Assembly (NCBI GenBank): GCA_037447605.1
Contig: CM074806.1
Span: 1,922,001 to 1,986,000, forward strand
Direction of reading: 5' to 3'
Length of the DNA stretch: 64,000 nucleotides
DNA from: Zygnema circumcarinatum SAG 698-1b
Taxonomy: Eukaryota; Plantae; Zygnematophyceae
Shown here: positions 23,355-52,286 of the stretch, piece by piece
Layout: each line of letters begins with the position of its first letter
How positions within the stretch are numbered: the stretch's first letter is position 1
Program-made: the position numbers and the translations under genes
Notes under the pieces: model-generated
The model's input: the letters and a program-made list of their open reading frames with translations, nothing else
What the model was told of the DNA's origin: nothing
The model's database searches: none

Positions 23355-23515
23355 CTCTCACTCTCTCCCTCTCCCTCTCTCCCTCTCCCTCTCCCACTCC
23401 CTTTCTCCTTCCCCCTCCCTCTCTCCCTCTCTCCCTCTCTCCCTCTTTCCCTCTCTCCCTCTCTCCCACCTACACCCCCCGCCTCTCCCTCTCTCCCTCT
23501 CTCCCTCGTCTTCTC
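23355..23515. repeat. (CTCTCC)n GA/CT microsatellite in the TLP 5' leader
   Basis: Degenerate CTCTCC units directly upstream of the TLP ATG. Confidence 0.85.
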
Positions 23516-24014
23516 CTGCACTGGCAGGAAGGGCGGGGTCACCAACTCCCGCATTCCGAGCCTGGCCCGAGGCTCTCAGCCGTGCCGAGCCTGGCCCGAG
23601 GCTCAACGATCTTTCCCGCGCGCTGCTGGGGGTGGCGCGCGCCCGCCGCCGTCCGTCCGTCGATCGATCGATCGCGGAGCGATCGGAGCCGCCGGGCGGC
23701 GTGGCGCTCATCAATGCGCCTCCTGGCCACGTGGCCGTACGGCGGCTCGCCCTACCTCCAGCGGCGCTATCCCCAGCGCCAAAGCGACCGCCGCAACGCG
23801 CCAAGCGGCCGCCCGTCGCGAAGCGCGGCCGGCCCTCGCCGCCGCGTACGGCCCCGCCCGGCGCCGAATCTGCTAAAGATTTTTGGGGATCCAGAGTCGC
23901 GCTTGCCGCCGCGGCCCCGGCTGCCCGGACGGGCCCGCGCGTCCTGTAAGCCAATCGGGGGCCGTCGCGCGGCGTGCGTTCTTTTTCGGGCTCCCCGACG
24001 GGCGGGGCCAAAGG

Positions 24015-24329
24015 TTAGGGTTTGACTCCGTCCGTCCGTCCGTCCGTCCGTCCGGTCGCGGCCGGCGGCTGTCGCTTGCGGGGAAAGGCGGCGCCGACAC
24101 GCGGGGCAGTTGCCGTACGGGCCGGTCGGTCGGTTAACTGGCCGGCGCCGGCTGGCGGGTCGCTGCCGGCCGGTACCCCCCCGGCTGGCTCGCGGCTGGA
24201 GGGCGGGCCCGAGGGCGTCCCTCCCCCTTGAGCTCGCACTGCTCGCGGTGAAGTGTGATTTATTTTTAGGGTTTTTAGAAGAATGGAAGTGGCGTTGACC
24301 TCACGCTGGCGAGGCCACTTTTAGGGTTT
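24015..24329 (-). promoter_or_regulatory. Three telo-boxes upstream of TLP
   Basis: TTAGGGTTT (AAACCCTAA on the minus strand) at 24015-24023, 24266-24274 and 24321-24329, at the edge of a CpG-rich region. Confidence 0.55.
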
Positions 24330-27024
24330 CTTAAGGGCCTGGTGTGGATCCGACTCCGGCACGCTCTCTCCATCTCTCCCCTCATCATGTTGTAAGTGCA
24401 GCCCTGACCCCCCTCTCCTCTCCTCCTCGCCTATCCCTCCATCTCCGCATCATCTTGTTTTCCTGTTTTCAACCCCCAGCCTCTCCTCCTCCCCTGTCTT
24501 TCCATCTCTCCCTCAACATGTTTTGAGTCAAATGCCTACCCCTTCTTCCCTACCTCTCCATCTCTCCCCTCGTCATGTCGTGAATTCAACTCCTCCATGC
24601 CGTCCTTCTCTGTCTCTCCACCTTTCGCCTTCCTGGTACGTGGGTATCATTCTTCTCTTCGCTCTTCTCATATTCTCTTCTACGTCACATCCCTCTTCAT
24701 TCCATTTCACACACGTAACACTCAATGACTTTAAAAGCCTTTGACCAACAGAGCGGCGCGGGCCATTGATTGAAGAAACACATGCCATTCTAGACTTTGA
24801 GGTTACATAAATTAATTTGAGTCCCAAAACATGTTTTACAGGTTACATAAATTAGTCTGCCCTATACGAACTTTGAGCCTAGACTATTTGTAAAAAGGGA
24901 AATGAATATCTCTCCCCCATGCAAGGAATTGCAGATATTGGCTGTGATGCCAACTGAAACATGGCTGAAACCAGGCATGCCCCATCAAGACTTGCAAGAG
25001 GGGAATGACAATTACTTGACTTGCAATGATTGAAAATAGGTAGTTAGTCAGCCAGTCCAGAAAAGAAGATATTACTATCTGTGCTATACATAAGGTGCAC
25101 AGAATTTGGAGCATTCCGATTGGTAGTACAGTCCTCGCTCTTTCTTCTCCGTCCATATCGTGAGACAGGCAATTCATCCATCGCAAGGCCCTCATTCTAT
25201 AACAGATGGTCCAAACATCAAAGAATACGCGAACGCACAGTACAGTTTTGCACACATTCATGATCCGCAGGGCAAATCCACCGATTCATTGCGCGAGGTC
25301 AATGATTAAAACGGGAAACCCGAAGCAAAATCTGCCCCTATAAAGTAAGAGCAGGTTATGTCGTTGTTCATCCTATGCCTCGCAACTTTCCCAATAAAAA
25401 AAACCTTGATCTACGCGAGATTTGGATGAGATCCCCTCGGCAGTAGTCACTCGCAGACACTTGCGCCCTGTGAAGATGGGAAGTCGCCTGCAGCGATATA
25501 GTAGAGCCGCGGGAGCCGAGCTGCACCCCCACACAAACTGCAGCGTCAGACGTGGCCGGCATCCCCCGTACTCACTGCCGCCCAAACAACAACAAACTCC
25601 ACTACCGCAAAGAGATTTCTACCCTGAAAACTTTCCCACCACCTTCCAACAGTGATGACAGACCATCTGAGGAGTGTCCAGACGATAGCTTCCTGTGCAT
25701 GACTCAAGAGCGACCAGACAGCCCCACAGAACAGGACAACATGACGTCATGCTTACGTGACAGCTGTCCTAGCAGAGGCTTCCTGCAGAGTAAATCGCAG
25801 TCCGCAGTCTTCTGCAGCCTCTAGCCTTCACCTCAGCAATCCCTCCTGCACCCATCACTCAAACAAGCCCAGCAGGTACCTCAATTCCATGAATTGCGGC
25901 TTCTCTGAATGCTTTCTCTAATCGGAAAAAGAAGAGACTGCGAAAAGCAAAGGGAAGGATATGCCAAAAGCACAAAGTTCTGTAGTCTTCGTTCTCCAAA
26001 CAATGTGGTCCCTGAAAATTGCTGAGTTTACCAGAGCTCCATAATAGGAAACCAAATGGACTTCTCCAACCCATTAAAACGGCCCGCCACCACACATCGT
26101 GCCCTCCCTGTCTACTCCGGCGTTAGACCTGCCAGCAGGACCCGCCACATGTGCCAGCAATTCGAATGAGATGCAGCACATTTGCAAATAAATTCTCAGA
26201 AAAAAGGGAAAAAAAACAAAACGCAGATTGACAACAAAGCAAAGCCGAAATCTGTCCTCCAAAATATCTCCATGTGCGATAGGAATCACCGTCATTACAG
26301 ATGCCACATCCTCTTTAAGGGAGACCAAGAGAGACAGAACAAGGGAATATCAGCTGGATACGGCACCACACCTCGTCTTAAGAATTGCCACGTCCAAATT
26401 TCTCAACCTCTCTCCATCACATAAAGAACAGAATGGTCTGCACACACAAAACCCAAACTGAGCTTCTGCACGTCCGACTGCCGCAATCTTCCATTTCTCA
26501 AATTACTGTGCCACGCTGGTTCATTATAAGCTAAATTGCTTTCGAAAAATCCATGTGTGAACTACAAATCGGCATCAGTTTCCTTCACATCACGACTGGT
26601 CCCAGCCACTGCAGATTTCTTCAGTTTCTTTGCTTACTCTTCAACTACATAGGCGTACGGATGATTCGGCAATTTTCTGTTGACCTGGATCGAAAAGGAA
26701 CTTGAGCAAAACGATTGGCTACGTCTTTATGGAGTCCGTTGACCAATTTGACACATCCCCAACTTGAAACTTGAAAGCTCATGCCCTATCAATGACCGTC
26801 ATTTTTAACGCCCTTGATAAGGATGAAGCGAACAAAATCATTGCGCCAAATGAGACAAGCCGACCATAATGCTAAAGTTTCTGTTTGAAACCGTTCTTGG
26901 GCCATCGTCTGACTCTCAAGCTCGACCATGAAGTCTTGAACTTGCACGGCTTGGTGGCAGCATAAAGTGACAGGAAAGGTTACTAATCCTCAAGGCATGG
27001 AAGGTGGCGGAAAGAAGCACCAAC

Positions 27025-29534
27025 CTGCCGAGCCAGCCAACGCAGCCGAGGGTGAAATGGCAGCCAACAATTTCACCGGGGCATCCGCCATTACTACGCG
27101 TTCAACTGCAAGCCCATAGACAAATGCAACTCAAATGCTAAGGGCTGTAATATGCTGGGTGTACATAGACAAAATAATAAAAATAATTGGGGGACTTATG
27201 TAGACTCGGGATAAGGATGTCGACCTGCCTGCTCCAATCAAACCCACAATTTCAACTATGACATCAAGATCTGATGCAATAACTGAGACTCTTGCCAGTC
27301 TTCCAGCTTAAACAGGCAAAGAACAGAGCTTATCGTCTATTGGCAAAGTGAAACTACGTGTCGCCCACAATCCTCAAATTTCAGACAGCTACTTCTCAGT
27401 TGTCAGCCAACCCAAGTTCTTTAAATGCCAAAATATTTCTTGTAGCATAAATTTCTGCCTCCTTAAATTGCTGTGCGAAGTTCAAAGCGAGGTAAATAGA
27501 ACGCGAATCTTCTACGTCCTCACCCGCAACAGTCAAAATCCACAACCTACACGCATTTTCAGTCTAATCCCATAAGAACGTCTTCTTAAAGTATGAAATG
27601 GCAGCGGCAGGGCCAAAGGAGGGCAGCCACTACAATGTCGCCATCTGGATGTTCACTAACGGGAGGTTGAATCAAAACAAACGCATGCCGAGCTTCACAG
27701 CTAGCAATGCTTAACCTATCGGAAGAAGTTGGCAAATTACTTTGGAGCAGTGAATATTGTCATACCTTCGAAACGTACGCCCGACGAAATGGCTTCCAGA
27801 CCAAGTTGCTCATCTTCAGCTTCAGCTGCTTGCAAATGGAGACAGCCAATGTGGATGGACAACCCTCCATCTGATAGCCATATGCGTACGACTTCAAATG
27901 CACCTCCTGCAAATGTGTCCACACGATGGGGGTGTAAGGTTTCAGGCGGGCATGGACCATGTCGCAGAGACGCAGACACCTCACTGTCATCAGAAACTGC
28001 TAGAACGTCCTTGCAATTTCAATTTCTTGATAGCTTCCAGTTGTTTCTGTTCAGACGTACCAAATGCCGTCAGAGCTGGTTGAAGTGGAAACGCCGTGAA
28101 ACTGTTTACTGACATATCCATTGGCAGAGACTGCAAAGTCCAGTGCTTAGCAAGTTTTCTACTGCCACCGGTCGCATTTTCTGTGGCTGGCCTTTGTTGT
28201 GAGGAAGCTGACGAGGCGACACGGCAGAGCACATGTAGACTCCCTTCAGAGTCCTGAAGCAGATAATAATTGCCCCCAAGAGCCTCGATAGACGTCACCG
28301 TCCGTTCCTTCTCGAAGGAGGCCACCGACGGCTGGCCAACCCTACTTTGACCTTTGAAAGTGGCTGCCTGCAATTCCGGATCACTACTCTTCGTTGGGTG
28401 CCTGCTATGTTCCTTTCCAGCATGCGGAATGGCTATAAACACGCTTTCAGAACGTTTGGAACTGAAAGAGTTTTCCATATTCGACTCAGTTTGCAACTTT
28501 ATTTCCATATTTAGAGGCGTAGCTTCGCCTTCTGTGATCGGGGGATGCCACCCAATGAACCCATTGACTATCTCTTTCCTAGGGATTTTCTGTTCCTCAA
28601 AGCATAAACCCTTTTCCAAAATGTCTTCCTCTGCAAGACGCAAAACATCTGCATTTCCCACGCTATTCTCAATCCCAGCGACAGGACTCCTAGTGTCAGA
28701 CTCGTCTGCATCCTTCAACGGAATTTTCCCGTGTGATGTGCTCTGACATGATAGTGCACCCTCTTTAGGCGCCATGCTCTTCTTCGAGGACCTGGACTTC
28801 ACCAGATGCCGCAACCGCCAGATTCGAACACCACCCGCCGCACCTTGCAGCAGGTATTGCGGCGCCAGATACAAATTTGAAAGCAGCTCAGAGCAGTCTA
28901 TCACGGAACACAGAGACAAGGAAAGCATCCCGTCCATTGTTCTCGCAGACAGCAGCCAGATTTGAGCTATCACAGGGGAATATATAGCGAGAAAATTTAT
29001 GGAAGCTTTCAGCATGATGAAAGGTTCCGGCGCCAAATCAAGAAATACCTTGGCCCCAGCCCCTTCAATAGCACCAGGCATTGTGCTCGCAGAAAGCGAG
29101 ACGAAATCATCGGCCGTCCCTTTACCTCTAAGCTGGATTAGTGTTGATGTAAAAGGCGAGTTACTGTCCGTCTCTTCTAGCGCAAGGCATTGCCATGCTT
29201 GCAACTGTATACCTCTTCCTTGTTCATAAGGTATCGCTACAATAGCAAACAAAGATGTCTTGTTCAGCGTTTCTGACACTACGTCCCCTTCATCCTCCTG
29301 TTCTCTGGCCTCTCTTTGCGACAACGCCTGCGATTTGCCCTCGGTCTCCGCAGAAATAGTGTACAGAAACGCAGCGTCAAGCGCGGCCGAGATGCTCACA
29401 GATGCACGGTCCTTCAAAGTCAGGCACTGCAGGTTGCAGGAGCCGTCCAGAAACAAGAGCGCTGCAAAGGTCCCAAGCGAGTTGCAGACAGTGGCGCGGA
29501 GAGGGGGCTGAATAGCAAGCCGATGCGCCTGCAT
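27025..29534 (-). CDS. Uncharacterised plant-type protein, probably beta-repeat rich; 3' end uncertain
   Basis: Long exon from ATG 29534 (MQAHRLAIQPP) with MLKASINFLAIYSP..IWLLS, LCSVIDCS, GGVRIWRLRHLVK and LLQDSEGSLHVL. A short GT-AG intron near 28.0 kb joins it to the VRIWLSDGGLSIHI exon. A further exon at 27025-27105 reads ERVVMADAPVKLLAAISPSAALAGSA. It resembles, from memory, a conserved land-plant family of unknown function; BLAST is needed to confirm. Confidence 0.65.
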
Positions 29535-30104
29535 CCCATCCCGCGGCGCAGCTGGGCGCCGCGCTAAGCTCGAGGTCGGAGCGTCCCCATGGCGTCGGCC
29601 GCTCCGCAAGACCACCCTCCCCCGTCCTTCTCGACCGCTCCCTGCGCCTAATCCGCCTGGCTCTACCGTATGGCAGCGTCCTCTCCGATGCGCAAGTATG
29701 CCGTTTCGGACGTCCGGGGATGCCCAAGAGCAGCGTGGGGACGCCGGTAAATCCTTTTCAGGGGCGAGGACAAGGTGTATGCTCTTCCAGTTGCGCTTTT
29801 CTAGACATCTCAGTTGAAACAGAAGGAAGTTCTATGTCAAGATTATGGTATATGCGAAGATTTTCCAGTTTACGGGACAGGCTCGTGACGGCCCTCAAAG
29901 AACGGGGGAGGTCGCTTTAGGGCAAAAGCGGCGTTGGGGAGGCGGAGGGGAGAGGAGGCGCTGAAGCTCGACAAGAGGAGCCACGTGGCGGCCGCCCGCA
30001 CTGCGTCGGCAGGCTGCAGCGAGCGGCTGTGTGGAAGAATTCCGTCGCCTTCGAGTGGAAGGGAGTCGGCCATAGCCTGAGCTGCATACTTTGGAGGGGG
30101 AGCC

Positions 30105-30686
30105 ATGATACGCGATGAAGGAGAGCGGGGGGATGGTGGGGTCAGCCCGTCGGAAGGGCGGCTGTACAATCCGTATGCAGATCTGTATCCCGGGGTCGAA
30201 CCTCGGTCTCTGGACAACATCTACCGCCTACCAAACGCGCCGGAATTTGTGTTTTCGGAGGAGGCAGCGGTGCAGAGGCGCAGCTTTAGTGACAACCTGA
30301 CCTTCTATACGGGCTGTGCCTGGCTGGGGGGAGCTACTCTCGGGGGTATCAGTGGGCTCGTGGAGGGAATACGGCTTCGAGAAGAAGGTGACACCATGAA
30401 GATTCGTGTGAACCGGATGTTGAATTCAACGGGGCATCACGGGCGAATAGCTGCAAACACCATGGGCGTTTTGGGACTTCTTTACAGTGGTATGGAAGGG
30501 GCCGCATGTCATTTTCGTGGAACAGATGATCTCTTTAACAGTATTATTGCGGGACTCGGAACGGGGTCAATTTACAAAGCTGCAGCTGGCCCGAGGACAG
30601 CGGCGATAGCTGGAGCTGTGGGTGGCGTGGCAGCAGCAGCACTTACTGCAGGGAAACATTTATCAAAGCGATATTTGGCTTTTTAA
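30105..30686 (+). CDS. TIM23: Mitochondrial inner membrane translocase subunit Tim23 (Tim17/22/23 family), intronless CDS
   Basis: 193-aa ORF: RLYNPYADL, PEFVFSEEAAVQRRSFSDNLTFYTG, KIRVNRMLNSTG, GVLGLLYSGME, DDLFNSIIAGLGTGSIYKAAAGPR, with glycine-zipper transmembrane segments. Confidence 0.92.
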   Translation: MIRDEGERGDGGVSPSEGRLYNPYADLYPGVEPRSLDNIYRLPNAPEFVFSEEAAVQRRSFSDNLTFYTGCAWLGGATLGGISGLVEGIRLREEGDTMKIRVNRMLNSTGHHGRIAANTMGVLGLLYSGMEGAACHFRGTDDLFNSIIAGLGTGSIYKAAAGPRTAAIAGAVGGVAAAALTAGKHLSKRYLAF

Positions 30687-32571
30687 ACGAAGGTTTTAAA
30701 ATAGTATGAGGCCTTCCGAAATGCGAATTTCACAGCATTTAAGTCCAATTGTCGCCTAAAATCTAAATTCTTTCCATTTTTGGCCTACAAACTGCCTCCG
30801 TTGTATCTGCGTGGGAGCCTCCTTTTTTCATGTCTGCTGTTGATGTCTTGCTGTCAAATTGTCTTGTCAAACCACTCTTAGCAGTCAGGGCCTGTCGCAG
30901 GCGAGAGGTTGCATATCCTGTAGGAGTTACGCGAAACTTGGCTAAGGCAAATACTCAAGTTCTGGCGTATCTGTGCAATTTGCAGCAAGCAATGGCACTT
31001 GTAGTACATGCATAATTGTGGCCCATTCGGCCCCGAAAGTGCTTCCAAACGTTTACTGAGAATAACAAGCAGAGTTTGCTCAATGGCTCTTAGTTTATGG
31101 CTGACCTCGAAGAAACGCTACGAGTTAGTTTTGTAAAGTAGCGAATTTGACTAATAGAACCTTTAAATTTTCTTTCATATACATATATTCAGTCTGCAAC
31201 TGCCGTCAGATATTCTTTTCTGAATCCTTTGAACCCTGGTGTGTGGTTATGGGATAAAAGTAACACCCAACCTCATTTTATCTCCTCCACTATGGTTTTT
31301 ATCATGCAATATGAGATTCCCATGAGGAGATTACGGTTGGGTTTAAGTCCTGCCTGACATTGGAAGGTTGTCGCTGCTTTCTTCGATTCATTTTCCATGT
31401 GCAGCTCGACTGAAGATCTGAGGTTTGGCCCTTTGAGGTATCACTTGCCGATTATTTAAAAGTGTAGTGGCATCAAAGTTCTTGGCTAGGAGGTTTCCAG
31501 GGATAGGATACCGCGTAAGATTGCTTGAAACCTGCCATATCTCCAAACTGGACACCGGCATCTCGCATTCTTGAGCCGTTGAGTCCCGATGGCCTTTACC
31601 CAGTAAAATGTGTTTTAGTGTTTTCCTGAGATTGGATTCACGTGCCACGTTCTTTTATAATATTTTTGGTTGCGTGGCTGTGACTCCTATGAAGTGTTCG
31701 ATGCTGAGCTGTTGTAAGGGCTTATCAATGACGATTACTTGTCAATCATGCATTGGTCTTATTTGAATCTGTTAACCATTACGATTGGATTCACACCGCT
31801 GTAAGGTTTGTCAGTGATGCACTTATCTTGTTGATCATGGGGTCATGATGTTAATGAGAGTAGCAACAAAACGGAATTCCTCACCGAGGCACAACATGCC
31901 ATTTTCAGTTGGAGCCTCCTCACAGTAGCAACGCCGTCGTGAGACCCATTGTGGAAGCAGACGTGGCAAGCGCCTGAAAGGTAACCCATTGGACCTGAGA
32001 AGGGCTTATCACCAATTGCAGTGCCAAACCAATCTTTACGCTGGACCCAATGCCCGCCTTTACTTCATGCCACCCACTCCAAAAAAAATGGGTGACAACG
32101 ACCCTAATGCCTTTTCATGGAATCTGCTGCCTTGATAAAAGGAAGAACGGGCCACTTCTATAGCATACATAACTCTCGGCTTTACAACACTGACACTACC
32201 GACGTACATGTTAGCTTTCCCATTATGGAACACATCTACACTTGTTCACGAGCTACTCTAGCTACAATATAAGACTTGAATGTTGGATCCTCAGAAGATA
32301 GTCACGTGTTGTCAAACGCAAGCTCCTCCCGCGCACAGACCACCCCTGCATGCCATACAATTGTGTCAAACCATAGAAGAGCGCCTGTGACAAGCAGACC
32401 TGCTACATGGTAAAGCGTTCGAAGTGATGTACAACCAGTTCGAACACGCTTTCCTTTGGCTTAGACACAGCAACCTGCAGAAGCATAAACTATCTTCAAG
32501 CTTTGACGCTAAAATTGTAAAACCTGGGACAAGAAGGGTGCCACAAATGAGCTTACTCAGAGGGCAGATTT

Positions 32572-34806
32572 TCATCTGAAGTAGTGATCAAATTTCTTGG
32601 CCAAGTCTTCATCTTCAACCTCTATCAGGCCTTCTATATCAGCGAGAGGATCTTCCATTGCATCTCCCTCATTATCATACTCTCCTTCGGCATCAAAAAC
32701 TTCAGTATCCAATAGATTCTCCTCCTCTCGATGCTCTACCTCTGCCTCGATTCTTGTCCCTTCCCAATTCTTGTCTGACTGTTCTGACTTTTCTACAGCA
32801 TCCCGCCTTCGACCCCCTATATGCACGCGAGAAGTTTCCTCCATGCCCATTTCAGTTCCATGATCAATACCGCCAACCTCATCTACGTCTACTATTGCTA
32901 TATTTTCGTTGTTAACCAACCTCTCTTCTACGATTAGCTTGCTTTCTTTCGCCACATGTTCAGAGTCACCATCAACAGCTTTCCGCTTCTTTTGAAGTAA
33001 TTCAGTTAGTGGCCTCGGTGCCTCAAAAGTCGTCGTCGAACCTCCTCCAAGAGGCTTCATGTGTGTTTGGCGCTGTAGCAAATTAACGGGAGGCCCCAAT
33101 GTTTCTACAAGAGGGTCTGATCCACCTGCAATTCTCCTCTCAGATAGCTTCTGGCCAGCGATCACCTTATGAGAAACCCCCTTATTTTCGAAGGCGTTGG
33201 AAGTTTCTTTTGCATGACTGACCCCCATTTCTACTATGGCCACCTTTCCTTGCTCGCCTTTAGCCTCCTTCGGCAGAGTTTGCACGGGAGGCGCGATCAA
33301 AGCAACTGCTTTATGCTCCTTTTTCCCCGCTTGAATTTCTGCCAATGATCGTGGCCCAGAAAACGCAGCAAATCCCGTGGCTAATGACGGGATTCTTGCA
33401 GTTCCGTTTAACCTCTCACTGCTCACTTTCGGCGTTACATTCTCATCAGCGGACAATCCTTCCGAATTTTTCTCCTCACTTGTGCCGTTGTCAGCTCTCT
33501 CTGCCCCCTCTGCAACCTTTGCTTCCAGCAGACCATCCTGGCTTTTGACCACTTTAACCTCCTCTCCTGCCTGTGCTGATCTCTGCTGGTAATTCTGATG
33601 CCCGTTCCTCAGCTTCATATGATCCTCCTGACTTTCTTCTTCTCTTTTCCTCGTCAAATGATTGCTTTCCTCACTCCTTATGTTTCTTGCATCCCTTTCA
33701 GAGGCCCCTGTTATAACATCGAACCCCGGGGAGCTCTCTTCCCGTAGCACTGTTCCGCCATCTGCCTCTCTTTGCTCTAATGCGCTAAGTGGAGCATTAG
33801 CTATCCACACATTACCTCTTCCCTGATAAGCATCGCTCATGACTTGTACCTTCCCTTCAACCTTTTGAGGTATTGATGTCACAGCATTTGAAATACTTCC
33901 AACTAAACCCTCCTCAATAGCAGCTGCAGGGCGAACATGTGCAAAGGAGCACGAATCCCCTCTGGCGCAATAGCCTTGATTGAAGTAGAAACAGGGTACT
34001 GACGTCCTATCCTTTACCGGGGGAGGCAGTAATTTTTGGCCTTCTTGAAGCTGCACTTACAGAGCCGCCCTACAATGAGTAAGAATACTTACCACGGACC
34101 ATCAAAACACTTATCTCTTTGAAAAGCGAACTCCAAATCAACTGAATGGGCTACATTACTTTGACCCCTTCGACAATATTAGTTAGTAGTATATTAGTTA
34201 TTAGTTAGTATTAGTTATTAGTTAGTTGTTAGTTAGTTTTTTACCATCTTAGTTTGCTGATATTATTATTGATTGCACTCAAGTGGGATGGTGTTTGGGC
34301 AATGTTTGCACAATTTAACCTTTCCAGACTGAATTCTACGAAATTTATCTTTCAGGATAACATCCCACAGAATAAGCACGGTAAGCAATCCACCTGGTGA
34401 CGGTAGGCACAGCCCTTGCCAGCCTTGCAGATACCTCGCAGCCAAAAATGACAATCTCTTCCACTAAGACGTGCTGCTTCGTTGTGACGAAATGGACAAC
34501 TTTCTCCCTGCAAAGCTCACCACCTTCATTTTTGTTTCTGCGGGTTCAGATCTTAAAAAAAAAGTAGCAGAATAAAACTCCAGGCTTTAAGATGGAGCCC
34601 AGAAAAAGTGATTCAAGTTCTTCCCACGCCACAAGGTCATTCTTCTTAACCGAACTCCCCTTCGTACCCCACTTTCACATTCGAAAATGTCTCACCTTCT
34701 TGCAGGTCGAGAAGAGGAAGAAACTGCAATCCGTAACGCCTTTTGTGGAGTCCTCCAATGCAGGACTCAAGGACGGCCGATCGCCTGTGGAGGTCGAAGT
34801 AGCCAT
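32572..34806 (-). CDS. CCCH zinc-finger protein (C3H17 / ZC3H11A-like, three CCCH fingers plus a long acidic tail)
   Basis: Exon 1 (ATG 34806) ends DCSFFLFSTCKK. Exon 2 reads GESCPFRHNEAARLSGRDCHFWLRGICKAGKGCAYRHQ. Exon 3 (ORF 32572-34056) contains VPCFYFNQGYCARGDSCSFAH and ends EDEDLAKKFDHYFR*. Confidence 0.85.
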
Positions 34807-35935
34807 TCAACGCAAATTATCACAGAATAACTTTAGACAAGCCTCGTGGAAGACCTGTCGCTGCAAGACTACGGTGCCTTCCTGACTTTTGCTTTTTGCA
34901 GAAACGCTAAATTCTATGAAGTTCAGCCATACTGCGCCCAGCCCCCAAACCTCCCGCAGTGTTGCTGCAAAAAGCTGCTCTCATCTGCCTACGACCAAGC
35001 TCACGTTCTGACATGCTCGCAAGGACGGGAATGTGCGTGGCAGCAGTCTATATTGAAACGCGATCCAGCTACTGCGGTCCCCCCTCCCTCACAGCTGGCT
35101 CCCCTCCCTCTCCCTCTCCCTCTCCCTCTCCCACTTCCTTCCTTTCCCCCCCCTCCCCGCGTCCCCCAGAGCCCATCCCGCCGCCAGAACTCCCCCGCCC
35201 CTCCGCCGCCCCAGTAAAAAGCCCTACCGTACCGCACGGCACCTCGTTGAAATGGAATACCCGTACGGTGAATATGTACGGCGTGTCCCTGTACCGTACA
35301 AAAGTGCGTACGGCATGATGATGTACGGCTTGCGGCGCACAAAGGGGATTCGAAGAGGGAGTGGGAGGCAAACCGCAGACGACGGACGAGGACGACCGAA
35401 CCTTTCTTTGATTGGGACTTTGGGCTGTTTGGGTGCAGGTAGCCAGGGCCCGCGCAATACATTTGCATTCCTGCTTCAATGGCGGAGCACTCATTCGGAG
35501 GATGCGCTGCACACAGGTTTGCACATACCATTCTCAGCTTTGAAGTAAATTTCAATTGCAGGGGAAAACCGCTATACACAAGTATAAATTCCCCTACACT
35601 GCAGTGAGTAGTGTGATGAACAAAAACTGTCCTTCAACAAAAAAAAAATACCGAATGAAGGTCCACTGACTCCTCTACAATGTACAGAGCGAACGTTCTT
35701 TGCCTCCAGAAACGCGTCGATAAATTCCTGTTGTTGACTTAAAGCTGTAAGAGCAGATCTCAGGCCCTCCCACCCCACCGTCCCTCGTATGGAATCCCTA
35801 CGAGCTATTTCACGGAAAAGGCCACTAACAAAGAACCAGGAAACTTGCAGTCACTGGCGCCATGTTTTCCACAAGGATGCCATGTCTACCCTAACCGTAC
35901 ATATTCACACTTCTGACGCTTTGAGCAGCTCCCCC

Positions 35936-52286
<16,351 letters not shown>

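Noticed and set aside
22951-24025. Long Pro/Arg/Ser-rich + strand ORFs (332 aa, 288 aa)
   Set aside because: GC-rich and microsatellite-driven shadow ORFs opposite TLP and its leader; no domain motifs.
27990-29615. 541-aa ORF taken as a complete protein
   Set aside because: It begins at a GTG 27 codons upstream of the likely ATG (29534), and its last ~20 codons are read-through into an intron.
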